Shown here piece by piece: positions 46,482-54,801 of a DNA stretch of 64,000 nucleotides (its first letter is position 1; every line of letters begins with the position of its first letter). Origin of the DNA: an uncultured Bacillales bacterium (GTDB taxonomy: Bacteria > Bacillota_I > Bacilli_A > RF39 > UBA660); NCBI GenBank assembly GCA_948433085.1, contig CAOJDP010000003.1:5787-69786 (forward strand), written 5' to 3'. Below the pieces are notes generated by a model. It did no database searches, was not told the DNA's origin, and saw only the letters and a program-made list of their open reading frames with translations. Both the position numbers and the translations under genes were made by a program.

Positions 46482-46733
46482 ATAATCTTTTTACTTTTTG
46501 AAAAGCATAGAGCGTTTAAAAAAAGTATAGTATATTTTAAGTAGTTTTTAATCAGTTCTTAAATGTCGTTATAACCTTTATTTATAAGTACTTATGGCAC
46601 CTTTGTTTTTGGAGGGTATTCTTATAAATTGTTATAATTTCTTATAATTTCACTTTCAAAAGTAGTAGTAAAATTTGATTAAATTTTTATAAGTTTGTTG
46701 CAAATAAAGCGCTTTATAATAAAAATTAAACTT

Positions 46734-47087
46734 TTATTGATAAAAGTTAACAATGTTTTCTTTCAATATAAATAAAAGTAAGAGAGAAAATATGAGTATC
46801 ATAAAAGACTCTGGACTGTAATTATCTTCATGTGATTTTCCCTTGAGTATGATAAATCCTATTTCATCTAAAAATATACCCATACTTATCGATAGTAAAT
46901 ATATGTTTGTATAATAGTTTGATATACAAAAAAGCAGAATTGTAGACATTAGTCCAAACATCCAATGATGGGTCCTAAAATTTTTTATAGTTGGACTAGG
47001 TTTATTATATACATATACTAGTACTCGTGTAATTATAACTGTTATCATAGTAAATAAAAAATATTGATCATATATAGTCATATTCAA
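46734..47087 (-). CDS. Hypothetical small polytopic membrane protein
   Basis: 117 aa with four hydrophobic segments. AGGTGA RBS on the minus strand. Confidence 0.4.
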   Translation of the reverse strand: MNMTIYDQYFLFTMITVIITRVLVYVYNKPSPTIKNFRTHHWMFGLMSTILLFCISNYYTNIYLLSISMGIFLDEIGFIILKGKSHEDNYSPESFMILIFSLLLLFILKENIVNFYQ

Positions 47088-47110
47088 TCACCTATCTTTA
47101 AGGAATATAA

Positions 47111-47139
47111 AAATCCTTGTAAATTTTTTCCAAGGATTT
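47111..47139 (-). terminator. Hairpin terminator downstream of tRNA-Ser
   Basis: AAATCCTTG / CAAGGATTT 9 bp stem with an 11 nt loop, followed by a T-rich stretch on the minus strand. Confidence 0.4.
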
Positions 47140-47153
47140 TAAATAATCATAAA

Positions 47154-47244
47154 TGGCGGAGTAGAGAGGATTTGAACCTCCGCGCCAGTTGCCCGACCTA
47201 CACCCTTAGCAGGGGCGCCTCTTCAGCCTCTTGAGTACTACTCC
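47154..47244 (-). tRNA. tRNA-Ser (anticodon GCU), class II with long variable arm
   Basis: The reverse complement folds as a cloverleaf: acceptor GGAGTAG / CTACTCC, discriminator G plus encoded CCA, anticodon loop CUGCUAA (GCU), long variable arm, and T-arm GAGG-TTCAAAT-CCTC. Confidence 0.85.
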
Positions 47245-47256
47245 AAGACAACTATA

Positions 47257-47285
47257 ATTTTACAAGATAATGTTTTATCTGTCAA
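47257..47285 (-). promoter_or_regulatory. Consensus sigma-A promoter for tRNA-Ser
   Basis: On the minus strand: TTGACA, 17 nt spacer, TAAAAT. The -35 lies within a perfect palindrome TGTCAAG-TCG-CTTGACA. Confidence 0.55.
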
Positions 47286-47365
47286 GTCGCTTGACAAAAT
47301 AATCTAAAAAATTTTTGGAATTTGAAAATGCCATGGTATACTAAAATCATAGATAGGAGAGAGTT

Positions 47366-48301
47366 ATGAAGAATTTTTTAATTATCATCTTAATGATTGG
47401 CATTATATTAGGTACAGGCTATGGTGTTTACTATGAAATTGAGATGAAAAAGGAAGAGTGGGGACAGAGAGAAGAAACCAATACTTCGACTGTTCAAACG
47501 AAGGAATTAGCAATCAATGATGAGTTAGTCACATCTTTAATGGAAGTAGTACACTACTTAAATGATGGGCTACTTTGGGATTATCAAACAAAAGGCAAAC
47601 CATATTTTGGATATTGGTACCAGAAAGATATTACTTCTCAAAATGAAATATCCAACCAAATAAAATTATATCTTGCCTTACGTTCTTTATATAAAGACGA
47701 CGATTGGCATAAGAATGATATTGTTCAAGTCCCTAAAACAGACGTGGAATACGCATTAGAAAAACTATTTGGTGACAAAAATATAGTACACGAAAGCTTA
47801 AATGGAACAGGGTGCAATTATACGAATTTTATGTATGACGAACAAACGGGAATTTACCAACAAGAATCCCTATTTTGTGGGGCAATCTTACCACCTCATT
47901 ATATTGCACAAATAGAAAAGGCTACAAAATATGATGACCGAATTGAAATTATAGAACATGTTGCTTATATTGATTTTTCTGAAAGTGAGAATGGTGAAAA
48001 TATAAATGTATATAAAACAAACCAAGAAAAAATAGCTTCTTTAGAATATACAGACAATGAAAAAGAACTTTTAAAACAATATGCAAGCGGGTTAGATACC
48101 TATCAGTATACTTTCCAACTGAAAAATGGCAACTATTATTTAAGTGCAATTGAAAAAAGAACTAATGATAAAGTTCTTTTTTTAGTTCTTCAATGTTTTC
48201 ATTATATAAACTTAGAAAATCTTCTTTTTCAGAATTTTCTTGTTCTGATAAATTTGATAATGAATGGAGCTCAATTATATTCAAATGATTATTTTGAATA
48301 A
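47366..48301 (+). CDS. Hypothetical secreted / membrane-anchored protein
   Basis: N-terminal signal anchor (FLIIILMIGIILGTGYG). Its own promoter is TTGGAA-N16-TGgTATACT. The last about 46 codons overlap the convergent minus-strand gene and look low-complexity. Confidence 0.5.
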   Translation: MKNFLIIILMIGIILGTGYGVYYEIEMKKEEWGQREETNTSTVQTKELAINDELVTSLMEVVHYLNDGLLWDYQTKGKPYFGYWYQKDITSQNEISNQIKLYLALRSLYKDDDWHKNDIVQVPKTDVEYALEKLFGDKNIVHESLNGTGCNYTNFMYDEQTGIYQQESLFCGAILPPHYIAQIEKATKYDDRIEIIEHVAYIDFSESENGENINVYKTNQEKIASLEYTDNEKELLKQYASGLDTYQYTFQLKNGNYYLSAIEKRTNDKVLFLVLQCFHYINLENLLFQNFLVLINLIMNGAQLYSNDYFE

Positions 48302-49019
48302 GAGAAGCTACTGTTTCATTTAAAGTTCCTTGATGAAATGTGTAGAAATATTGGATGATTCCATTACGCGCTAAAGTTTCTACATCACTGATTACTTTTT
48401 GTGTAATGTTATTTTCATCTAAAATAATTACTTGGAAACCATTTTTTTCTAAAAATTGTAAAGCTCTGTTATCTGTTACTATCGTTTTATTTGTAGCATT
48501 TTCACCCAATAATTTTAATTTTGCATCTATATTAGAGATTTCAATTTTTAAATTTTCATAATTTTTATCAATTTCTTCTTTCAAATAATGATTACTAATA
48601 TATTCAGATAAGCCATTTTTAATATTTAAACTAAGCATCAAGAAATTGGAAGGATCTAACCATAATTCTTCAGGCCGATTATTTTGTTCCATACTTAATG
48701 TTGTATCAATAATCATTAAATTTTTATTGTGTTTAAACATTTGTTTTACATAATCTTTTTCGTTGCTAAGACCATTGAAAATATACATATTTCCTTTACT
48801 GTAATCTTTAATTTGTTTATCCGTTAATGTATAAGTAGTAGGATTTACACCACTTGGATAAATACTATAGATTGTACTATGTTCCCCATATAGTCTTTTT
48901 GTAATATATTCAATTGGGTAAATAGAGGTATAAATTGTAATATCCTCTAAACTATCCCTTTTAAGACAACCTGTTCCAAGTAATAAAATTGATAATAAAA
49001 TAATACTTAACTTTTTCAT
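48162..49019 (-). CDS. ZnuA/TroA-like (cluster A-I) solute-binding lipoprotein, orphan
   Basis: Lipobox LLGTGC. The fold signature TIYTSIYPIEYITKRLYGE...YIFNGLSNE...WLDP is present, but the usual metal-ligand His residues are not obvious. No ABC permease or ATPase genes are adjacent. Confidence 0.6.
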   Translation of the reverse strand: MKKLSIILLSILLLGTGCLKRDSLEDITIYTSIYPIEYITKRLYGEHSTIYSIYPSGVNPTTYTLTDKQIKDYSKGNMYIFNGLSNEKDYVKQMFKHNKNLMIIDTTLSMEQNNRPEELWLDPSNFLMLSLNIKNGLSEYISNHYLKEEIDKNYENLKIEISNIDAKLKLLGENATNKTIVTDNRALQFLEKNGFQVIILDENNITQKVISDVETLARNGIIQYFYTFHQGTLNETVASLIQNNHLNIIELHSLSNLSEQENSEKEDFLSLYNENIEELKKELYH

Positions 49020-49237
49020 TTTTTCTTCCTTTCTGGAACAGGATCATATCCAAATGTTCCCCATGGTGTACACCTTAAAATTCTTTTAATTGTATAGTAT
49101 GTTCCTTTTATACTGCCATATATTGTAATTGCTGTAATACCATATTCTGAGCAGGTAGGAATATGTCTACAATTTTGATGAAATTTACCTGGCATTTTTT
49201 GATAAATACGTATAAGTTTAATTAAAATATATTTCAT
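49016..49237 (-). CDS. yidD: Membrane protein insertion efficiency factor YidD
   Basis: 73 aa with the conserved CRHIPTCSEYG...RCTPWGTFGYDPVP motif. Overlaps the downstream lipoprotein gene by 4 nt. Confidence 0.8.
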   Translation of the reverse strand: MKYILIKLIRIYQKMPGKFHQNCRHIPTCSEYGITAITIYGSIKGTYYTIKRILRCTPWGTFGYDPVPERKKK

Positions 49238-49689
49238 ATTTACACCATATTCATTATACTAAATTCTTATTTATTTGTAAATATACTTATAAATAAGGTA
49301 TTTTTCTATATAAAATATAAAGAAGAAAATTTCTACTAAGTTTAACTTTATGCGTATAAATTTAAGTAACAATAATTAGCTCAAAAAATAATAATTTCTA
49401 ATTATGGCTATAATTTTGTAGATAAAATTGCATTTAATTTTATTTTTAACATAAAAGAAGTAATATAATGGTTATTTTCTTAATGGTATTTGTATAGATG
49501 ATAATCTAGAATGAATGAAAAAAGGATATTAAAAAGTAACAAAAGATAATTGCGAAAGTATTTATGTCTTGTAAAAAGAAATGATTCTTAATGAATCAAA
49601 AGGTAATGTGAGCTATCTTTTTTTACTAGAAATCATAAATTTGTTTTCAAATGTAATAAATTTTGCTATAATAGGTAAAAGGTGACAGT

Positions 49690-50712
49690 ATGAAAAATAT
49701 ATACGGAATGACACTGGAACAATTAGAAGATTATTTTTTAGCACACAATGAAAAAAAATTCAAAGCAACACAAGTTTATGAATGGCTATATAAAAAAAGA
49801 GTAACTTCTTTTTCCGAAATGACAAATATAAAAAAAGAAACCTTAGCATATATGAAACAAGATTTCAGTATGCAATCAATACAAATTCTAACCCAAAAAG
49901 AGGGAATAGATGTCATTAAATTTTTGTTTGTATTAGAAGACCATAACAAAGTAGAAGCAGTACTTATGAAACATGATTATGGAAACAGTTTATGTGTGTC
50001 TACAGAAGTTGGATGTAATATGGGATGCTCATTTTGTGAAAGTGGAAGACTCAAAAAAGTGAGACATTTAGAAACATACGAGATGGTTTTACAAATACTA
50101 GAAATTGAAAAACAATTCCATATTCGAATTTCGCATGTTGTATTGATGGGAATTGGAGAGCCTTTTGATAATTATGAAAATGTAATTCAGTTTATATCTA
50201 TTATCAATAATGGAAAAGGGATTGATATTGGTGCAAGACATATCACAGTATCTACTTGTGGCATTATTCCTAAAATAGAAGCATTCATAGAAGATGGGAA
50301 ACAAGTCAATCTTGCTATTAGTTTGCATGCTCCAAACAATATGCTTAGAAGTCAACTCATGCCAATTAATAAGATTTATCCAATTGATAAATTAATTCCT
50401 ATTTTAAAAAAATATATTCAAAGGACAAATCGTAGAGTAACTTTTGAATATATATTATTAGAGCATGTGAATGATACAGAAGCATGTGCTTTAGAATTGG
50501 CAGAACTTTTAAAAGGAATGAATTGCTATGTCAATTTAATTCCTTATAATGAGACTAGCCATGTAGAATTTAAAAAAAGCTCCAAGGAAACCATTATGCG
50601 ATTTTTAGATATTTTAAAAAAGAATAAAATCAATGTAACAATTCGTAAAGAATTTGGTGGTAATGTGGATGCAGCATGTGGACAATTACGTTCAAATTAT
50701 GAGGAGGCATAA
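49690..50712 (+). CDS. rlmN: 23S rRNA/tRNA m2A methyltransferase RlmN (radical SAM)
   Basis: CNMGCSFCESG radical-SAM motif and typical RlmN length and context. Confidence 0.92.
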   Translation: MKNIYGMTLEQLEDYFLAHNEKKFKATQVYEWLYKKRVTSFSEMTNIKKETLAYMKQDFSMQSIQILTQKEGIDVIKFLFVLEDHNKVEAVLMKHDYGNSLCVSTEVGCNMGCSFCESGRLKKVRHLETYEMVLQILEIEKQFHIRISHVVLMGIGEPFDNYENVIQFISIINNGKGIDIGARHITVSTCGIIPKIEAFIEDGKQVNLAISLHAPNNMLRSQLMPINKIYPIDKLIPILKKYIQRTNRRVTFEYILLEHVNDTEACALELAELLKGMNCYVNLIPYNETSHVEFKKSSKETIMRFLDILKKNKINVTIRKEFGGNVDAACGQLRSNYEEA

Positions 50713-50713
50713 T

Positions 50714-51454
50714 ATGGAATATTCCTATATGACGGATCCTGGAAAAGTAAGGGATCATAACGAAGATAGTGTAATAATAATTGAAAATAGAAATAAAGAA
50801 ATATTACTTGCAGTTGCAGATGGAATGGGGGGACATCATGCAGGAGAAGTCGCATCTAGTATTGCAATTTCTCATATTGGAAAACGCTTTAAAGAACTGA
50901 GCTCTGTTGGAAACAAAGAAGATGCAATTCATTGGTTACAAGAGACTGTAAGTGAAGTCAATGTTTTAATTTATAAACATACCATTGAACACCCTGAAAG
51001 TAAAGGAATGGGAACTACGTTAGTTACTTGTATTCTTACACCAGACTTTCTATTGTTTGGAAACATTGGAGATTCTTCAGGTTTTGCGATGCGAAAAGGA
51101 AAAATTCATAAAATTACAACAGATCATACTTTAGTCAATTTACTTGTAAAATCAGGAGAATTAACTGAAGAAGAAGCTAAAGAACATCCAAGAAAAAATG
51201 TATTGATGAAGGCATTGGGGGCAACTACCACAGTAGATATGGACATCTTTGATGTTGAACCAGATGTAGATGCTGTTATGCTATGTAGTGATGGTGTAAC
51301 GAATATGTTAGATTTTGAACAAATTGAAAAAGTGTTAAATGAGGATTTAACAACAGAACAAAAAGTTTCAAAAATGATACAGAAATGTAATAATCGTGGT
51401 GGAAATGATAATATCTCTGTTGCGTATTTGAGTAAAGGTGGTAGTGCAAAATGA
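50714..51454 (+). CDS. stp: PP2C-family Ser/Thr protein phosphatase (Stp/PrpC)
   Basis: DPGKVRDHNEDS, AVADGMGGH and DGV motifs. GAGGAGG RBS. Lies immediately upstream of the PASTA kinase. Confidence 0.9.
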   Translation: MEYSYMTDPGKVRDHNEDSVIIIENRNKEILLAVADGMGGHHAGEVASSIAISHIGKRFKELSSVGNKEDAIHWLQETVSEVNVLIYKHTIEHPESKGMGTTLVTCILTPDFLLFGNIGDSSGFAMRKGKIHKITTDHTLVNLLVKSGELTEEEAKEHPRKNVLMKALGATTTVDMDIFDVEPDVDAVMLCSDGVTNMLDFEQIEKVLNEDLTTEQKVSKMIQKCNNRGGNDNISVAYLSKGGSAK

Positions 51455-53232
51455 TTACAAGAGGACAAAAAATAAATGATCGTTATCAAATTATTCGAAC
51501 AATTGGAGAAGGTGGAATGGCCAATGTATATTTGGCACATGACTTAATTTTAGACCGTGATGTTGCTGTAAAAATACTAAGAGGAGATTTAGCCAATGAT
51601 GAGAAATTTGTCAGAAGATTCCAAAGAGAAGCAATATCTGCTAGTAGTTTAACACATCCAAATATTGTAGGAATGTATGATGTAGGAGAAGATGATGGAA
51701 AATATTTTATTGTGATGGAGTATATTGAGGGAAAAACTTTAAAGAATTTAATTAAAAAAAGAGGACTCTTAACATTATCAGAAGTTATTGATATCATGTT
51801 ACAATTGACAAGTGGAATTGCATGTGCTCATGATAGTTATATTATTCATAGGGATATCAAACCACAAAATGTGCTAATCTTAGATGATGGAACTGTCAAA
51901 ATTACAGATTTTGGAATCGCTATGGCACTGAATAGTAATGAATTAACACAAACGAATTCTGTTATGGGGTCTGTTCATTATTTACCACCTGAACAAGCCA
52001 ATGGGACAGGCGCAAGTATTAAAAGTGACATTTACTCCTTAGGTATTTTAATGTACGAATTGTTAACAGGAAAGCTTCCATTCAAGGGAGAAAATGCAGT
52101 AGAAATAGCCATTAAACAAATGAAAAATCCAATCCCAAGTATTTGCGATGACTTTCCAGATATTCCACAAAGTATAGAAAATATAATTTTAAAAGCGTGT
52201 GCTAAAAATCCTAAAAATCGTTATGAAAATGTAATGGAGATGCATAATGATCTTGAAACAGCTTTAAGTAAAGAACGCGCTGATGAAAAAAAATGGATAT
52301 ATCGATATCCTGAGCAAGATGGAGAAGAAAAAGTAAATATCAGTAGGTTTAAAAAGAACGAAGAAAAAAGAACAGATGAGAAAGAAAACAAAAAAGAGAA
52401 AAAGGCAAATAAGGTTTTGTGGATTACAGGAATTTTGTGTGTGCTGGCTGTTGTGATTGGCGTTACAATCATGCTCTTTGTTCCTAAAATGACAACAGTA
52501 CCTGATGTGGAAGTACCAGATGTTGCGAAAATGAGTGTAGTCAATGCAGAAGCAACCCTCAAAAAAGAAGGATTTGAAGTCGCAACAGATGTTGAAGAGG
52601 AATATGATGCCGAAATTGAAGCAGGTTTTGTAATTGGGACCAATCCAAGCGTTGGAAGAAGTGTTAAGAAAGGAACGAAAATTACTTTAGTGGTTTCTAA
52701 AGGCTTTGAGGGGATTGTGGTAGAAAATTATGTGGGGGAGAATATCAAATCTATTCAAGCAGCTTTGGAAGAACAAGGTATCGTTGTTTTAATAGAACAA
52801 AAAGAATTTAAAACTACTGATGATCAAAAAGAGGATATTATTTTAGAACAGGACATTAAAGAAGGAGAAAAATTGAAAAAAGGTGGTACAATCGTATTTC
52901 AAGTATCCACATTAGTTACTGTATATCCAGATTTTGTGAAAGAAGATTGGACATATGAAGGTATTGAAGAGTTTTGTGCAGAACATGGTATTTCATTGTC
53001 TAAAACCGAAAAAGAAAATGATTCTGTTCCTGAGGGTACTATTTTAGAACAAAGTAGGGAAGCAGGTAGTAAAGTTATGAGTGGGGTATCATTACGCATT
53101 ACTGTATCCAAAAAGAAACCAGTAGTTGAAAAACCAAAGGATGATCCAAAAGAAGATAACAAAGATGGTGAATCTACAGATCCGTCTACAAATAAAGAAA
53201 ATGACGATGAAGATAGTAAAAAAGGTGTTTAA
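51451..53232 (+). CDS. prkC: Ser/Thr protein kinase with C-terminal PASTA repeats (PrkC/StkP type)
   Basis: Hanks kinase motifs (VAVK, HRDIKPQN, DFG, a PPE-like region), a TM helix, then three PASTA-like repeats and a basic/acidic tail. Confidence 0.92.
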   Translation: MITRGQKINDRYQIIRTIGEGGMANVYLAHDLILDRDVAVKILRGDLANDEKFVRRFQREAISASSLTHPNIVGMYDVGEDDGKYFIVMEYIEGKTLKNLIKKRGLLTLSEVIDIMLQLTSGIACAHDSYIIHRDIKPQNVLILDDGTVKITDFGIAMALNSNELTQTNSVMGSVHYLPPEQANGTGASIKSDIYSLGILMYELLTGKLPFKGENAVEIAIKQMKNPIPSICDDFPDIPQSIENIILKACAKNPKNRYENVMEMHNDLETALSKERADEKKWIYRYPEQDGEEKVNISRFKKNEEKRTDEKENKKEKKANKVLWITGILCVLAVVIGVTIMLFVPKMTTVPDVEVPDVAKMSVVNAEATLKKEGFEVATDVEEEYDAEIEAGFVIGTNPSVGRSVKKGTKITLVVSKGFEGIVVENYVGENIKSIQAALEEQGIVVLIEQKEFKTTDDQKEDIILEQDIKEGEKLKKGGTIVFQVSTLVTVYPDFVKEDWTYEGIEEFCAEHGISLSKTEKENDSVPEGTILEQSREAGSKVMSGVSLRITVSKKKPVVEKPKDDPKEDNKDGESTDPSTNKENDDEDSKKGV

Positions 53233-54074
53233 TGCGAGGTAGAATTGTCAAAAATATTAGTAATGATTATACAGTAGAGTCTGAAAATAATATTTATATT
53301 TGTAAAAGTAGGGGAAAATTTCGGAATCTGCACATTACACCATTAGTAGGGGATTATGTAACATTTGATGAGAATAATTGTTATATTTTGGAAATAGAGA
53401 AAAGGAAGAATGAACTTGTTCGTCCACCTATTTCTAATATTGATCAGGCTTATTTAATTACAAGTGTGAAAAATCCTGATTTTTCTAGTAATTTGTTAGA
53501 CAAATTATTAGTGATTGTTGAGTTTCATAATATTAAACCAATTCTTTGCTTTACTAAAATAGATTTATTGAATGCAACGGAAAAAAAAGAGATGGATTTG
53601 ATTATCGACTACTATAAAAAAATTGGTTATACAGTTTACTATAATACAGAGTTAGAAAAAATTAAGACTTCGTTTCAAAATAAAACTAGTGTTTTTACGG
53701 GTCAAAGTGGAGCTGGGAAATCCACTTTATTAAATAAAATTGATGCATCTTTGAATCTTAAAACAGATGAAATTTCTTTTGCATTAGGAAGAGGAAAACA
53801 TACAACAAGACATGTAGAATTGATCCCTTTATGTAGTGGTTATGTCGCAGATACACCTGGATTTTCAGCTATTCAATTTTCCGAAATGGCTCTATCTGAT
53901 ATCAAGGATCAATTTGTAGAGTTTAATCTGTATCGTCATTTATGTGAATATAGTGATTGTATGCATTTATCGGAACAAAATTGTGAAATTAAAAAGAAAG
54001 TAGAAGAGAATATAATTTTAAAAAGTCGTTACGAAAATTATGTAAATTTTATAACAAAGAAAGAGAGAAAATAA
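53232..54074 (+). CDS. rsgA: Ribosome small-subunit-dependent GTPase A
   Basis: GQSGAGKSTLLN P-loop, OB-fold N-terminus and a C-terminal zinc finger (CEYSDCMH...C). Confidence 0.9.
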   Translation: MRGRIVKNISNDYTVESENNIYICKSRGKFRNLHITPLVGDYVTFDENNCYILEIEKRKNELVRPPISNIDQAYLITSVKNPDFSSNLLDKLLVIVEFHNIKPILCFTKIDLLNATEKKEMDLIIDYYKKIGYTVYYNTELEKIKTSFQNKTSVFTGQSGAGKSTLLNKIDASLNLKTDEISFALGRGKHTTRHVELIPLCSGYVADTPGFSAIQFSEMALSDIKDQFVEFNLYRHLCEYSDCMHLSEQNCEIKKKVEENIILKSRYENYVNFITKKERK

Positions 54075-54076
54075 AT

Positions 54077-54727
54077 ATGCAAGTAAGTGGCTCTATTTTA
54101 GGAATTTTGGAAAAAAATGAAAATAAAAAAGAAAAAATTGAACAATTGAGTCAAACAACATGTGACTATCTTCATTTAGATATTATTGATGGAATATTTG
54201 TAGAAGGAAAAATTACTGCAACAGAAGAGTTGCTTGCGTTGTTACAAGATATTAAAAAACCATTTGATGTTCATTTGATGGTAACAGATATTGGTACTTA
54301 TATCGATATATGGAAAGAAAAGCAACCTGCTTATATTACTTTTCATATTGAAGCAACGGAAAATCCAAGTTACTGGATTCAAAGCATAAAACATTTAGGA
54401 ATAAAAGTAGGTATTGCCATTTCTCCAACTACATCCATATCTGCTTTAAACCCTTATTTAGACCAGATTGATTTAGTTTTAGTTATGAGTATAGTACCTG
54501 GAAAAAGTGGCCAATCTTTTATTGAAAATTCAGTAGATAGAATTGAATATTTACAGCATTTACGTGAAGAGAATGGTTATTCCTATCAAATTGAAGTAGA
54601 TGGTGGTATAAATGCTGATACGCTTTCAAAAGTAAAATCAGCAGACATTATTGTGTCAGCTAGCTTTATTACCAATGCAGAAGACTATCAAGTACAAATC
54701 AATCAATTGAAAAACAAAGAATTTTAA
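54077..54727 (+). CDS. rpe: Ribulose-phosphate 3-epimerase
   Basis: TIM-barrel motifs HLDIIDG, HLMV and MSIVPGKSGQSF; 216 aa. Confidence 0.92.
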   Translation: MQVSGSILGILEKNENKKEKIEQLSQTTCDYLHLDIIDGIFVEGKITATEELLALLQDIKKPFDVHLMVTDIGTYIDIWKEKQPAYITFHIEATENPSYWIQSIKHLGIKVGIAISPTTSISALNPYLDQIDLVLVMSIVPGKSGQSFIENSVDRIEYLQHLREENGYSYQIEVDGGINADTLSKVKSADIIVSASFITNAEDYQVQINQLKNKEF

Positions 54728-54801
54728 AAAAGTTCTTTTTTTTTGTAAATTGAAAGGAAATAAAAAACTTTCATTGTATGTTAAAAATGAAGGAGGAGAA
54801 C

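Noticed and set aside
46629-46648. Tandem TTATAATTTC x2 and nearby AT-rich palindromes (for example ATAAAGCGCTTTAT at 46706)
   Set aside because: Very short, AT-rich, and expected by chance in about 25% GC intergenic DNA. The palindrome has too weak a stem to call a terminator.
47949-48561. ORFs 47949-48149 (minus) and 48355-48561 (plus)
   Set aside because: Antisense to the secreted-protein gene and to the ZnuA-like lipoprotein gene respectively.
50098-53162. Minus-strand ORFs inside rlmN, stp and prkC (50098-50355, 51124-51540, 51486-51797, 52221-52643, 52899-53162)
   Set aside because: Antisense to conserved housekeeping genes. The Ser/Thr-rich translations mirror the Lys/Glu-rich PrkC linker.
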